DNA of 63,987 nt, the filler included, from Octopus bimaculoides (lineage: Eukaryota), in NCBI RefSeq assembly GCF_001194135.2. It is 5 parts of 5 records of this genome, joined end to end, with 100 filler letters (N's around TTAATTAATTAA, not from the genome) between each part and the next. Parts side by side here need not be neighbours in the genome. Positions count along the whole stretch, not along the records: positions 32,514 to 50,673 come from NC_068998.1; positions 50,774 to 61,902 come from NC_068995.1; 3 more parts are not named here. The stretch is one strand, 5' to 3'. The notes beneath the pieces were generated by a model, which was given only the letters and a program-made list of their open reading frames with translations, had not been told where the DNA came from and did no database searches. The position numbers and the translations under genes are program-made. This document shows positions 39,241 to 50,846 of the stretch, one piece after another. Each line of letters starts with the position of its first letter. Within the stretch, counting starts at the first letter, position 1.

Positions 39241-39834
39241 TAGTCACATCCTCTGTTTGCCAAACCTTTTTGTTGTGGGTGAATGTGAGTGTTCAGTTAG
39301 GGTCATTGTCTTTGATTTTCGGTAATTATTTTCCTTTTCGTAGTGGGTCATATATTCTAACATAGTATATCTCTTTTGGATGTTCAATATCCATAATGAC
39401 GATTGCAATTCCCTTATCTGCTTCCTAAACAATAAGGTCGTCATTATTTTTTAGTTCATGTATAATATCCCATCGATTTCGACTTGTATTGGGCTTGATC
39501 TTAGGGTGTGGAAATTATTTATAAGGAAAGGCAGAAACAAAAGGTTTTTCGATACGCTTATTATCTTCGGTTTGTACCAACTGGTTTCGAGAACATTGTC
39601 CGTTGGATACAAAAAAATCAACAAAAAAACAAAACAAAAACATAGGACAAAAATCATAGCAAACGCAAACCAATATGTGAAAAAAATAGACGATAGGACT
39701 ACGAACGGTAAACACGACAAAAACATGGTACAGACGTCGTTTGTAGCCGATTTTCTCGTCAGTCGCATTCTGGGAGATCCTTGCAATTTCAGCCCTGTTA
39801 ATTTCTTTATGGATATCCATTTGAATATATACGT

Positions 39835-39867
<33 letters not shown>

Positions 39868-39989
39868 GTAAGATGTAATGATATTATGGCTTATAATAAT
39901 ATCAAGTGGCATAGCATGCGTAAAAAATATAATTTTAAGGACGATTAATTTTATAAATTTTGTATTGCTTGAAAGAAAGGCAACGAGTG

Positions 39990-40135
39990 AAAATATTCTT
40001 AGCTGATAACATACTGGACAAAATGCTGAGTGGCATTTCTTCCGCTTTTACGTCCTGTATTAAAGGTCGACCTTGCCTTATATGCTCTCGGAATCCATAC
40101 AAAAGCAGCAGTTGAGCACTGCTCAATGGAAAATA
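39990..40135 (+). mobile_element. Degenerate SINE family C copy
   Basis: aaatgctgagtggcatttcttccgcttttacgt...aggtcgaccttgcctt...gcagttgagcactg matches the family layout. Confidence 0.4.
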
Positions 40136-40636
40136 AGTCTTTGTTCATATAATACCTATTTGTAGCTATTCTTTTATTTATATCGTCCGCCTATGGGGGA
40201 TTATGTATCTTAACATTGCTCCAAATCTTTAATTATGACACGGGAAAATAGTAATCATTGGGTGTGCAGATTATTAATGGTTTACGTTACGTGTCTACGG
40301 CACTTATATAAAATATTTGCAGGAATATGAAACTTTATCGTTTTCCCCGGTTGTATCGTTACCAGAACCTGAGGAAGAGATATGTCCAATGTTATCTTAG
40401 CTGCGCCACATTTGGGCAAAGTTTTTTATGGGTTTCTCGGGTTCATATCAGTGTACAATTCGCGTACCATCGTTTCCAATTTTTATTTCCCGAAATATTT
40501 CGTTAGACTGTTCTTTATTTAGGAAGCAGAACATTTTGGAAGGTTATTTTAAACTTAGTGAAGACGACATGCAAACAAATACTCTCAGAGATACACGCAA
40601 AAACATAAATAACTCTCAGGCACAAACACACAGCAG

Positions 40637-40776
<140 letters not shown>

Positions 40777-40829
40777 ACTATACACATATATGTACTAATT
40801 TTAACCAGCACAAGTTTGGCAGTCTCTTC

Positions 40830-41820
40830 GACATTTCGATTTTCTTGATGCCACCAGACTCATGTCATGTAGTGAGTCGTATCTTCGATGTTCCAATTGG
40901 GAGTTTTCCTTGCAAAATATTAATAAATATATACACTACATGAGCGATTGTTCAAGTTCGTTTATATGTGTGGTTGCCATTGTAACTTATCATTTACATG
41001 TAATTTCAAAAATTAACAGAACCAGATATAATGTAAATGACAAGGTATTATATGATATAACAATTATAAAAATGTCATATTAGTAAGATATTGATCACTA
41101 CTGAGAGTTCGTGTAACTGCCTCGGGTAAGAATTTAGCCGCATACTAGCGATTTACAATAACAAGCTGCGAACCATCATATTACACTTCTTTTGTCCGGA
41201 TGTTTTCTATTTCATTATTTTCGAATAATGCAGTTGATGTCGTGTCTCAACAGGTTTATCTGTCATTGGCGTCTGTATAAATTAATATGTATTTGCAGAA
41301 GTGTTGTGATCCTGTTATGAATTTTCTGTTTCCTAGATCCTAATTAGATTTATGCATATGTATAAAGTTGTAAGCCGTGTTGGTTAACGAAAACAGCATC
41401 TGAATTATTGCGCAAATAATTCCTCTTTCAACTACGTGTAAGTGATTATATTTTTTGTTTCATGTCAGGAATTCTCAGATGGGCATTTCATATAATTCTG
41501 AGTATACCTCGCGCCTGAATGAATTACCTGATTATGTTAACGGAATGTTGTGTACTTTACTTTATTTTAACGTTAATAATTTCACGCTCCTACATTTGTT
41601 GTCTCCACCGCTATCTTCGCCGGTATTGAATTTATGAACATCACGTCGTTCTTGTTATTGGTCGAGGTAGTATTTTTGGTCAGTCTGAGCATGTGTATTC
41701 TTTCTAAATTTAGTATAATAGATATGCGATCCACAACATTATCTGCAAGCTCTCGCAGGCATAATTTCTTTGAAGCTTCATCGTCACTGACCCTCATATT
41801 ACAGATCAAGCAATACCTGT
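40830..41820 (-). mobile_element. Decayed hAT (Buster/Charlie-like) transposase
   Basis: In order: EASKKLCLRELADNVVDRI (cf. KLxxIPLSDNTxxRRI), IAVETTNV (cf. QLDExTD), KEELF, IYTD/PMTDK (cf. CTDGAPAMTG), IVNR*YAAKFLPE (cf. CxIHRxALAAK.LP), IAHVVYIF..ILQGK (cf. LAYLxDIF..LN..LQG). Confidence 0.55.
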
Positions 41821-41849
41821 ATATATATGTACGCACACTCACGCACACG

Positions 41850-41893
<44 letters not shown>

Positions 41894-42074
41894 NNNNNNN
41901 NNNNNNNNNNNNNNNNNNNNNNNNNNNNNNNNNNNNNNNNNNNNNNNNNNNNNNNNNNNNNNNNNNNNNNNNNNNNNNNNNNNNNNNNNNNNNNNNNNNN
42001 NNNNNNNNNNNNNNNNNNNNTATATATAAGAATTTAAGGAATGGAGAAAACGCATGTTATAATTGCATACTTTA

Positions 42075-42158
42075 TTCCTACAGATGTTTCAAAGGATTAC
42101 AACCTGTGTGATCCATAGGGATCTTTGATATTAAAATTGTAACCTTCTCATCAGGGAA
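42075..42158 (-). ncRNA. Type I hammerhead ribozyme motif of PLE architecture
   Basis: Minus strand: TTCC-CTGATGA-GAAGG.TTACAA-(loop with GATCC/GGATC hairpin)-TTGTAA.T.CCTTT-GAA-ACA-TC-TGT-A|GGAA. Stem I 4 bp, stem II 11 bp with one bulge, 3-bp quasi-palindromic stem III and a GUA cleavage triplet. Confidence 0.6.
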
Positions 42159-44339
42159 AGCATGGGAATGATCTTAAACGTAAGACATTATGACCGATTA
42201 TGAAAACAATAAATGGATAAGGTTATGACTTGATTCATTTGAAAAAAACCGTTAGAGAATTGGACGCTGCCGGATAGTGGGTTGGACAACACATACCTAT
42301 AAATGTGTGAGAACGTACATGCATGAAGATTAATGATTATATGATGAAGAGGTGCTTTATAAGATGTAAGACAATATTAAGATAATGACGTATATAACAA
42401 GTACAAAATGCATGTGAAATACTTAGCGTATGAGAATACTCCAGGTGCTCTATTATTATAGAATGATCACGATTTCAGTCTTATAGGGTCCAGAGTACAA
42501 CCTGTAGTCTTTGTGGTGTCGGGCGTTTATGACATTATGAGGATTAACATTTGCGAATACGTTTTAACGTTTAAGATGAAGATGATAATGAATGAGGATC
42601 ACCAGCTATTATATGATGGTGCTAATTTCCATGACGAGCTAGTTGTCTGGCAGTGAATATTTAATAGTAGCATTACCATAGTATTTGAGATATTCAAAGG
42701 TGAATAGAAATGGAATTCTCTTGCGACTCGTTCCTGTCAAACCCCTATTCATGTACTGTGAAACCTTCTGTAATTGCACTTGTGTAGGTCTCGTGAAGTA
42801 AAAACAAAAATGTATGTTTGATTATGGTGATGCCTTGTAGACAGTAGAAATGAAAACAAGCAGAAATATATTTAGAGAAGAATTTATTCTAAATTACAAG
42901 AGCCAGTTGGCGGTAGTATTCATAGCATAAGTAGTAACGTATCGAAAATATTCTTCTAAATTGTCGTCAACAATTCACGTATTGATACTAGTCCAAGCTG
43001 AATTTATAAAATATTTCTACCATTATAAGTAGAATAACTTCAATCAATTTAAACACAAATCGAATTCACAATAATAGAAAAGCGATAAGCTTATTTTTGA
43101 ACACTTAAAACTACAGTTTTCAAGGGAATATATTAGACTATACGTTGTCCAATTCCATAATGCGAGGGGACGAAGAAAGCCAAAAATGTTGAGCATAGAA
43201 AATTGAAGCAGTAATATAATTGGGAAAGTGAGATAGAAATAATGTGTTGTAGCATAGCAAAACCCAAAATTGTGTTGCATTTCAATTTCTATGTCCGCAT
43301 AGATAAGGTGTTTTCTTGTTTAGAAAGAAAGCACTGGAAACGTGCTACTTCTGTCAATGATAATTGCAAATATTATTGGGCATGAAGTGCCGTTACGTTT
43401 AGATACAAATGCTGTATCTTCAGAATGTTGTCATACTTAGATTTGGGGGGAATTTTCTTTTCTATCAACTCCATATAATTCTATCAGATGAGATATGAAA
43501 GGGAAGTTTGCCTTATCTCATGAGACATCCTCATGTGCGTCACTGAAATAACACATGTCATGTTCTGATATTTCATGTTTTACATTGGATTACGATTGTG
43601 AACCTATTTCAAATGAAATGCTGTACAAGTAATTCTTTAAGCTATGTTTTGCTAAATACAGGTATTTTCAATGAAAAAGTCCATAGAAAAATTGTCTATT
43701 CATATAGATTTCAAACACAAAATTAAATGTATTTTGTGTGTATGTATATAAATATTCAACTAAATTTCAAATCAAAATTCAGTTCACTTTCTTTCCTGAA
43801 TGTGAAAGTGCACAACAAAGTGCTGTTAGACTATCTATCAGTTTCCCCTGAAGAAAGTATGCTGCACTTTTCGTTGAATCAGCCTGCTTGTACAACGAAA
43901 AGTATTAGTCAAGTTTAAAATGCTAAATCAATTATTCTCATTCAGTATTTGAAACGCTGTCATTTGTAATTCTATTCCCTGTATATTGCGATATTCCCTT
44001 GATGTAAATATTATATAAACTGATGACAAAGTCCGAAAAAGTGTAAATTCGGACTCATGTGTTCCCACGAAATAACAAATTCCTGTTAGAATATGTTACA
44101 GATGTACCAGAAACAAATCGGCATGAACTCGGAACCAAAAACTAAACATTTTCATGAAATAGTGCAATCATTGGAATACAAAAATATAATGCAGATATGA
44201 AATCTTACCAGCTGCCTTCTGGTAGGATCATGTCTCTCGGGGTCCGTAGTCCACAGAGCTGCTCTCACTCCATGCAATTTCTACTTCGAGTTTCCAATAG
44301 TATATTTTTTTAATGTAATCAACTTACTTCCTTCAAAAG

Positions 44340-44566
44340 TAGGGCAAAATGAATTGTAGAGGTTTTAGTGGCTTTGCATATTTAAGAGATGGGGAATTAT
44401 ATATATTAATTACATTATTTATATTATTTATATTTGACGGATATTTGCCATCATCTTCGTTGTTAACACGACATTTCGCCTGATATACCCTCCAGCCTTC
44501 ATCAGGTGTCTTGGGAAAATTGTGAACCCGGGTTCTCATTCCTAAGGTATTTTTGATGTTATTATT

Positions 44567-44643
<77 letters not shown>

Positions 44644-44660
44644 GATCACTGCCTGGAAGC
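44340..44660 (-). mobile_element. Non-coding PLE pseudo-LTR-like repeat with internal (TAA)n and a hammerhead-like motif
   Basis: Carries gacacCTGATGAaggctggagggtatatcaggcGAAAtgtcgtgtt and abuts the RT fragment. Confidence 0.5.
44465..44510 (-). ncRNA. Degenerate type I hammerhead motif
   Basis: GACAC-CTGATGA-A-GGCTG-10 nt-CAGGC-GAAA-T-GTC|GTGTT. Core boxes intact, stem I 5 bp with one GU pair, one mismatch in stem II, stem III palindrome absent. Confidence 0.45.
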
Positions 44661-44664
44661 AGTG

Positions 44665-44935
44665 TAGTTTCTACAAAGAAGGTCAACATTTCCATCAAGT
44701 TTCTTTTTGATATATCAGTGCGTTCTTTTAGATTGGTGTCTATCACTAGTTTTTCTTGAATCACCGATAGTGCTTCACCAGTTGGGACTTCGGTGAACAG
44801 ACTTATCACGTCTAAACTCACCATCTGGTTGGATTCAATGGGTGTATCCTAGATCAATTCTTTGAAGTAGGTGGAATTCGTCACGTACGATGTTGGCATG
44901 TAATGATTAGAAAGGCATTTAAGGATTTTTAATAT
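44665..44935 (-). mobile_element. Penelope-like RT fragment (different PLE lineage from the 33.6-35.6 kb copy)
   Basis: SYVTNSTYFKELI*DTPIESNQMVSLDVISLFTEVPTGEALSVIQEKLVIDTNLKERTDISKRNLMEMLTFFVETT contains the PLE RT motif SxDVxSLFTxVP and the following helices. Confidence 0.8.
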
Positions 44936-45169
44936 CATGTAGATTGAAGTGCACATAAGATAACCAAGTCAAATAATGGTAAATATACTCTAGGTTTCAA
45001 CAATCTCATAACGAACCTCATGATTATAGTTTGCTTTACTTTTAGTTTGTGAAATCTCAGTGAATATGGCAAGAATTTCATTTTACTATATTTATCCCTA
45101 TCATTACTATATTAGTGCTATCGATTGGTCTGAATAATCAACAGTTTATATCTTTAACTTCTAAAGACA

Positions 45170-45350
45170 TCATTCTGAGTTTAACTAATACTAGACGTAT
45201 AGTCATACCTCATTACAAAACATTCTTTTCTATCATGTACCCCAAGACTTTACGATATCCTCGCGTAAAATATATTCTTGAAGGACTATCTAACACTTGA
45301 ATCTGCAGCTTGCTTCACTCATACGAATGGGTAAAATCTTACAGCTATAT
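45170..45350 (+). repeat. Old dispersed repeat, homologous to 59395-59570 (possibly a CR1/L2-like LINE 3' coding remnant)
   Basis: Shared blocks aatata...gaagga(c/t)tatctaacac and cttcactcat...gtaaaa(t/c)ctt. Translations LTNTRRIVIPHYK..IMYP and LNDTRTIVISYCK..VIYP align in frame. The class assignment is weak. Confidence 0.45.
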
Positions 45351-47663
45351 AAGAATGGCTATCTTGTACTGCACATGTACTGCAGCTAAACCGACGAAAT
45401 GTTCGTAAATGCTACATCACAGTAAAGAATGAAGGATATTAGTATACTTTTCCATCAAAAATATGTGTCGGACTGCAATTTGAAGATGTAAAATTGAAGA
45501 TGTAAAATTCTCTATTCTTCTTTAAGAATGTGACTTGATGTACACACACACGCCCCCCTCCACACCCTAACCCACCCACNNNNNNNNNNNNNNNNNNNNN
45601 NNNNNNNNNNNNNNNNNNNNNNNNNNNNNNNNNNNNNNNNNNNNNNCCCACGTACCCACACACCCACCACCCACACACACATACACGCACCCACACCAAC
45701 ACAGACGCACGTACTCACGTATGGACGTACGCACACATCCACACACACACATATATGTGAGAAAGTATATATTTATGTTTCAACTGTCACCAGCGAGATG
45801 TGAGAACATGGTTTGGTTAAATATTTGCAATAGTATATGGGAAATCCGGAATGCTTAATGAATTTCTAAAATATCATCCCTAATCTAGGAACAAACTGTT
45901 TGTTGAGATTATCTGAATCACAAACGCATGTACAGTAGGGTGGAGCGGAAAATGCAGCTTTCGAACTTAACAACCACGAATAGATATTTTGTTGCGAATT
46001 AGGGTCCAAAGAAAATTATAAGAACGTTACAGTTTAATATTTTTATTAGGTTCCGCAATACAATGAAATATTTTAAAAATCACCATTAGTGGTCGAATTT
46101 TGGATTTCATGGATTATAAGTCGTAACGAATACATACTTTTACATAGCAGAATGCAAAGCAGTAAAAATAATACCCATAAATGTTTGCGTTCCAACTCTC
46201 AATACAAGTGACTTATAGCTTGAAGTTCCGCATTGACAATAAATAGAACCAGAGTGTGAACTTCTCTCCGGTGCCTCTGCGACGGTCTTTGCGTATGGGC
46301 GTACCTCGTACGTCGTACTGCTTTGTACCTTGACATTAGGCCATTGTATTAAAATTAATGATTGTGTTAAATTTAGTGTTCTTTACATTTAGTGATGTCT
46401 CATAAACCAATAACACGTCACGATACTGAATGCCCAATACTTGGTATTCCATGTGATCTTAGCGAGACGAGTTTTGCGAACTTACAAGGACGTACTAAAA
46501 TGTGTTTTATTTTGAATGAGAAAAAGAAAAGAATGTAGTTAAGAAAAATCCTTCAATTAAACAAATCGTCAAGATTTTAAGAGAAAAGATAATTCTGCTT
46601 TTTCAAAAGCATCCATCCCTTGTGCTGCGATTGAGTCAGTTAAATAAAAGATCTTAAAGTAGCATGGCTAAAACCTAGAAAACAATGAGCCGCTATTTCA
46701 AAAAATATGTAACGTGTTTAAAAACAATGCAACAGCAGATTTATTTCACATCTAATGTTGCAAGTGCATCTCCTTTAGAAACTTCAGTTGTAGTAGAGAC
46801 AAAAGAGTACCACAGAGAGAACAAGATGTTTTACAGGATCAACGGACAAATAGAAAAACGATCATTGGCGGAATATATCAAGTAGTATCTAAAGAGAGCG
46901 TTCAGAGGTGAATTAGGAAGAATCAGCTAGATCACAGTCACCCTTCTACGTCAACAAAGGAACGTTTAAGATTTCCGGTTTAACTGAATCAATCTTAACA
47001 CAAGGAATGGATGCCTTTTGTCCACAGAAGAATTATCTTTTCTGCTACAATATCGACAGTTTGTTTAATTTATTTTAATGTGTGTGTAATCTAGAACTCA
47101 TGTAACACATATATCCGGTGACCTAGTTTTAAAAACAATAAAGAAGACAAAGTGGAAAAATCTATTTATTTCAGATAATTTCGAAATTTCAAGTGCGTTG
47201 CGGAACCTGAAGATATAAATACTAGAAGTTCAAATTCGATTTTAACACTTGTTTTTAATGAATTTCAGAAACGAAAATCAATTTGTAACAATGAATGTAA
47301 GAAATAAGATGAGTAATGGCAAACCTGTTATAAATTGATTTTTCGCACATCATTCAGAATTTCAAGTGGGCTGCGGAGCCTGAAGATGTAGATTGCAGAA
47401 CATCAGATTTGCATACTATTGTTTATCAAGGATTTCGCAGTAGGAATTCTGTGAAAAAGTACCTCTTTCACTCCACTCTCATGTATAGAAACAGATTCGT
47501 ATAATTCAGACGAACAAAATAGAATATGTTGAAATTCAAGCGAAACAACAATGAGTCTATGGTCTTAAGAAAACACAATCGTTCCAATAAGATGTTCACT
47601 GTAGCAAGCATCACAACTGCGTTTCGATCTGCTTGAAACTCTTAAGAGTAAGCATGCTACTCA

Positions 47664-47695
<32 letters not shown>

Positions 47696-48409
47696 NNNNN
47701 NNNNNNNNNNNNNNNNNNNNNNNNNNNNNNNNNNNNNNNNNNNNNNNNNNNNNNNNNNNNNNNNNNNNNNNNNNNNNNNNNNNNNNNNNNNNNNNNNNNN
47801 NNNNNNNNNNNNNNNNNNNNNNNNNNNNNNNNNNNNNNNNNNNNNNNNNNNNNNNNNNNNNNNNNNNNNNNNNNNNNNNNNNNNNNNNNNNNNNNNNNNN
47901 NNNNNNNNNNNNNNNNNNNNNNNNNNNNNNNNNNNNNNNNNNNNNNNNNNNNNNNNNNNNNNNNNNNNNNNNNNNNNNNNNNNNNNNNNNNNNNNNNNNN
48001 NNNNNNNNNNNNNNNNNNNNNNNNNNNNNNNNNNNNNNNNNNNNNNNNNNNNNNNNNNNNNNNNNNNNNNNNNNNNNNNNNNNNNNNNNNNNNNNNNNNN
48101 NNNNNNNNNNNNNNNNNNNNNNNNNNNNNNNNNNNNNNNNNNNNNNNNNNNNNNNNNNNNNNNNNNNNNNNNNNNNNNNNNNNNNNNNNNNNNNNNNNNN
48201 NNNNNNNNNNNNNNNNNNNNNNNNNNNNNNNNNNNNNNNNNNNNNNNNNNNNNNNNNNNNNNNNNNNNNNNNNNNNNNNNNNNNNNNNNNNNNNNNNNNN
48301 NNNNNNNNNNNNNNNNNNNNNNNNNNNNNNNNNNNNCACAGATAGTATCACTTGTAACTCACAAAGGCAAAAACAAGAAGAAAAAACAATGAAAAACTAA
48401 CCAATTCCG

Positions 48410-49740
48410 ACGGTTAACAGTAGACGCGTTACTGGATTATGATTGATAATCAATTTCCTTCATCAATACTGTATTCCAGTAGTAAATTTGACTATGCTAG
48501 CAAACCGTGCAAGCATGGACGAGTAACATTACACACCGACACAGATTTGAAAGCATAACCGAATCCACCTCGGTCAGCCAGTCTAACTGTCCCCTCCTCA
48601 AGAAATTACCATGTGCGTGACAAGTGATATCGCAGAGAATCTGCGTATACTAACAGGGAGTGTTAGTACATTGTGGATTTAGCGATCAAACATGGTGAGT
48701 GGTTGGGGCGAAAGGTTTGATAGGATAGGTAGAAAGAAGGGGTGATAATAAAGTATTGGTGATCCCAAGTAGAAGGTGCGTATGCGTGTGTGTATGTGAG
48801 AATGTATGTGAGGATAGGGACTATTGGCTTTTAAGGGGAAGATATGTGCGTGTTTGTGTGCGTCTGTAATGTGTGGTTATGTGGATGATGGTGTGTGATT
48901 GTGTGCTGGGAAGTGGTCAGTGTTAAAGTGTGTGGAGTGGTGTGTGGTGTGGGTGGGTGTGGTGGAGGATGTGGGTATAGGGTATGGGTGAGGATGTATA
49001 TGTGGTGGTACGAATGAGGTATGTGGGAGTGAGGTGTGTGGATGTGGGGTGTTTTGCGGAGGGGTTGCAATGAAATGAGAACGTGGGTGGGAGTGAAGAG
49101 AAGAAGTAGATGTCAGAGTAAGAGAACAGAGGAATGGTGGGTAAAAATGACGAGAGGAGAGGAGTTGAACCTACACGGGGCTAATGAGAGAAGAGAGAAG
49201 AGTAATTCCCGTCAACGGCGAAGGCGGGAGTCCGGTTGGCCCTTGTGCAAAGACAATCCGAAAACAGACAGGTATTATAGTAACTGAACGGTAGGACGGA
49301 AATGGCGTGAGACCGGAGTGTTATTGTCCAGTTTGATGTCTCGGAGGTACTCCGAGAGACGGTCCGCAAAGTGGCGTTCCATTTGCCTGAGGTATACAGA
49401 AGAGAAGAAAGAGCAGGTATTGCAGTAAATGACGTTGCAGGTAAAGAAGTCGGTGAAATGACATGGCCGATTATGGGTGACTGTGCAGATGGTGGTGTCG
49501 GAGAGAATGTTATTTTATTCCACATGGGTAGTGATATAGGAAAAATAGAAGTTGAAAATGCACTGGGAATAGTTACAATATCTTTTATTAATATATTTGA
49601 AGCTCTAATCGGTTTCACAGTTTACCTTGATTTTCAAAAAGTTCTAATAGAAAGATTTGTTTATGTCACAGCTGTCGTACTTCTAACTAGTGTTTGAAGT
49701 TTTCTCTGTTTGTATTGGAGGTTTCTGTTTCAAATTAGTA
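48410..49740 (-). mobile_element. Penelope-like (Neptune-like) element 3' part: GIY-YIG endonuclease, C-rich 3' UTR and hammerhead-like motif
   Basis: 49500-49200 translates DTTICTVTHNRPCHFTDFFTCNVIYCNTCSFFSSVYLRQMERHFADRLSEYLRDIKLDNNTPVSRHF...LSVFGL...RLRR*RELL. This gives NVIYC for the GIY motif, VYLRQ for the YIG motif, R..E[H]LR and PVxRHF. Confidence 0.8.
48417..48472 (-). ncRNA. Degenerate type I hammerhead motif at the PLE 3' end
   Basis: ACAGTA-TTGATGA-AGGA...TCC-AGTAACGCGTC|TACTGT. Perfect 6-bp stem I, palindromic ACGCGT stem III and GUC triplet, but both core boxes are mutated. Confidence 0.5.
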
Positions 49741-50113
49741 TGTTTTGAACAGGATTTGATTGATAGATGATTGTCACTTCAATGCTCATAGAAATTGTTT
49801 AGGTTCCCCGCTACACCCGCATGTTAGTATCAAGAGACAATGTTTGCCATCGTAAGTTTAAGGCTGACATAGATGTCTGAAAATCTTGAAACAGAAATTG
49901 AAGTGCCATTGATTATAACTAACCATGTTCACTCAACAGTGTCGGTCCCCTTTTTAGGCGCTTAATATACTGTCACGGGACTCAAGCGAACAGACGTAGT
50001 GGGAAATCTACAAAAGCTTATAAACTTAATCAACTGTTCATTCTCTACAAACCTTTGACGGAAAACATTCAGAGCATTGGATTTGTGTAGTCAACTTTGA
50101 ACTTACGACACCA

Positions 50114-50163
<50 letters not shown>

Positions 50164-50320
50164 AAGAAAGTTAGGGGTTGTGAATCCAACCCACTAAGGG
50201 ATACTATCTATCCAATATACTGCCGGAAAAATACCAAATTATTATTACACTAGTGTTTTTCCTACGTATTACCAAGTACCATAAATGGGGGCGGGTAAAA
50301 GTATAGTTTATCCTTAATTT

Positions 50321-50663
50321 ATATAACAATAAGAAAATGGTGGGGAATAGGTGGTATTCATCAACTTGCATACATTATATTGTGTCAATTTACCTGTTTA
50401 TTTGTTAACTAAGAGGACAATAATAACAATATACAAACACATGCAACATATTATGTCATATCAGTGACCGAAAATGGGACAATGACTTACAGCTGTTTCA
50501 GTCTAGAGTGACATGCCTCATTCTATCGATATAACTCCATTAAGCTGAAGTAATTGATTGATAAATGATAGATATAAATTATAAGCAGGTAAATTGACAC
50601 AATATAATGTCTGCACATTGATGAATACCACCTATTCCACTCCATATTCTTATTGCTATATAT
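50321..50663. repeat. About 80-bp inverted repeat pair (50321-50401 and 50580-50663) in a segment flanked by (TA)n
   Basis: ggaataggtggtattcatcaa...cattatattgtgtcaatttacctg occurs once on each strand. Confidence 0.75.
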
Positions 50664-50773
50664 ATATATATATNNNNNNNNNNNNNNNNNNNNNNNNNNN
50701 NNNNNNNNNNNNNNNNNTTAATTAATTAANNNNNNNNNNNNNNNNNNNNNNNNNNNNNNNNNNNNNNNNNNNN

Positions 50774-50846
50774 AAGAAGAAGAAGAAGAAGAAGAAGAAG
50801 AAGAAGAAGAAGAAGAAGAAGAAGAAGAAGAAGAAGAAGAAGAAGA
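50774..50846. repeat. (AAG)n microsatellite adjoining a gap
   Basis: Direct reading. Confidence 0.95.

Noticed and set aside
39451-39912. Three overlapping ORFs over 100 aa, one hydrophobic and membrane-like
   Set aside because: Hydrophobicity and openness derive from a T-rich/A-rich tract and an (AT)n repeat; no recognisable domain.
44020-44054. CTGATGAcaaagtccGAAA followed by a GTCCGAA/TTCGGAC hairpin
   Set aside because: No stem II can form between the boxes; a chance 7-bp hairpin is the simpler reading.
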